Below the pieces are notes generated by a model, which searched no databases, had not been told where the DNA came from, and saw only the letters and a list, made by a program, of their open reading frames with translations. This document shows positions 61,856-64,000 of a stretch of DNA of 64,000 nucleotides, one piece after another; position 1 is the stretch's first letter; each line of letters starts with the position of its first letter. Source of the DNA: Octopus sinensis (Eukaryota); NCBI RefSeq assembly GCF_006345805.1, contig NC_043010.1:5518001-5582000 (forward strand), read 5' to 3'. Both the position numbers and the translations under genes were made by a program.

Positions 61856-64000
61856 CAATCAGTCTTCTAAATCGAACCAAGAAATCAATTTTTCCATTTG
61901 TTATTCAACTTCCTGATTTTAATTGTCATTTGCCACTCGTAACTGAAATGTCACTGTTTCTCAGTGATATGACTGGATTTGAACACGGAATGCACAACAC
62001 CGGAACAAGACACTAAAAGACACCTTGTCTGATGCTACAAGAATCCCACCAATCCATCAGTCACGACTGGCCCCTTTTTTTTTTTATTGACCCTGAAAGA
62101 CTGGGAAGCAAACATAACCACAAATTTTGTAGTAGAGTGTAGTTATTTTAATTACACCCCACACCTAGTATTTGACTGATATTAATTAATTAATGTGTTT
62201 ATTTTTTATGACATCATTAACTGCACATCTCCAAGAGGCTAATTACTGATTTCTGGAATTTCTGATACTGAGAGCAAGAAGTGGGTGCTGCCTGTGTTAA
62301 ATTCTTCACCACTGTTTTTCATATCCTTGTGGGTGTTAAGTACACGCATCGTTATCCTTATCCGCATCATTATCCTCATCATAATCATTATGCCATCGTC
62401 ATTGTGGCCACTATCTACGTCACCACTGTTGCCTCCACCATCACCATCATTGTCATCATAATCATCCTTATCATCATCATCATCATCATTGCTGTCATCA
62501 TCACCGTCATCGTCACTGTCATTGTCATCATCACCAACATCATCATCATCATCATCGTCATCGTCAGCAGATGGCTTCCCTTTGCATACATGGATTGGAA
62601 ATATATATATTTCTTTACTACCCACAAGGGGCTAAACACAGAGGAGACAAACAAGGACAGACAAAGGGATTTAGTCGATTACATCGACCCCAGTGCATAA
62701 CTGGTACTTAAATTATTGACTCCAAAAGGATGAAAGGCAAAGTCGACCTCGGCGGAAAACACACATACCTGCTCCACTGGCCAAGCAGCAGAGTCCAACA
62801 GGTTCAGATGACCCCATCCTATACCCATTTAAAATCCTATACCCATTTAACCATTCTGATCTAGATACACAGCTGAAAACTTCGAGGAGAGAAGATAGTT
62901 GGAAAAAGTTACCCTAAAAGGATGTAAAAAAAAAGTTGACGTTGACAGGATTTGGATTCTGGGTTTGAATGGCTGGAACACATACAACCAGGCATCTTGT
63001 CCAGCTCTCTAGCAAATTCTGCCATGCAACTGCATAATACATCTGTGGAATGGATACACGATACAATTATTTGTATTAGAGCTTTCTTGAGTTTTACTAC
63101 ATCTCCATCTTGGATATATTTAGCAGATATATTTAGCAAGATGCAGGAGGAAAGAATGAGAGAAAGTTGTGGAAAAAGAGTCAACAGAAGTTTGCCATTA
63201 CCTTCTGCCAGAGCCGAGTGGAGCCTTAGGTTTTTCGCTCATAAACACACACATCGCCCGGTCTGAGATTCGAACCTGCAATCCCTCGACCGCAAGTCTG
63301 CTGCTCTAACCACTAGGCCATGTGCCTCCACAGTTTGATGACCCTATTATTGTTACCAGTCAACTATGACGTAGAGGTGAAACTTATTGTACTACCAGGG
63401 GAACAAAAATAAGCAGGCAAACAAAACTGAGCAGGCAATTGGGTCTTTGCTTAAGGGTTAAAGTACAAAGACCTTAATAATGAAGGTTTATGTCATAACT
63501 ATGTACCTGGTTGTCTAGCAGCTGAGCTTCATTCAGGTGCATTCGACTTATTTTATTACCATCATCATCATCATCATTTAACATCCGTTGTCCATTCTGG
63601 CATGGGTTGGACGGTTTGACCAGGGCTGGCAAGCTGGAAGGCTGCACTGGACTCCAGTCTTATTTGGCTTGGTTTCTATGGCTGGATGCCCTTCCTAAAG
63701 CCAACCACTCTCTGACTGTAATGGGTGCTTTTACGTGCCACTGGTATGGGTGCCTTTTGTGTGACACCAGTATCTGTCACGACTGTGAATTTACTTGGCT
63801 TGCTGGGTCTTCTCCTCAAGTGCAACATAATACCAATGGTCTCGGTCATTACCTCCGTGAGGCTCAACACTCAGAAAGTACACACACATACACACACACA
63901 TACATTCATACATTCATACATACATACATACATACATACATACATAAATAATTACATACATATTTTCCATTCTTTGATAATAAATAATGTATACATTTTC

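Overview
Repeat-rich, AT-rich eukaryotic nuclear DNA, almost certainly a coleoid cephalopod and probably Octopus (inferred from the protocadherin type, SINE families, microsatellite load and an nad5-like NUMT). The only clear protein-coding region is one large minus-strand exon encoding a protocadherin (signal peptide, 6 cadherin repeats, TM helix, short tail; likely ATG at 7850). It has a splice acceptor upstream and a GTAAGT donor just before its in-frame stop. The rest is a mosaic of tRNA-derived SINEs (at least 5 families, dozens of copies), decayed LINEs (R4/Dong, RTE, CR1/L2), a Penelope-like GIY-YIG remnant, Tc1/mariner relics, piggyBac-, Ginger- and Tc1-type MITEs, Helitron-like ends and long microsatellites. 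Main leads: (1) a 1.1 kb structure at 15.2-16.3 kb whose right half is an inverted, circularly permuted 1.23-unit copy of a 491 bp unit bounded by 7 bp direct repeats, as expected from a DNA circle or serial template switching; (2) an apparently intact hammerhead ribozyme behind the Penelope endonuclease, plus further hammerhead-like motifs in short ORF-less units; (3) a locally templated insertion with a 16 bp target duplication; (4) a microsatellite bracketed by a target-site duplication; (5) about nine long fold-back elements upstream of the protocadherin exon. All alignments were done by eye, so repeat boundaries are approximate unless a TSD or terminus is quoted, and family assignments need database confirmation.
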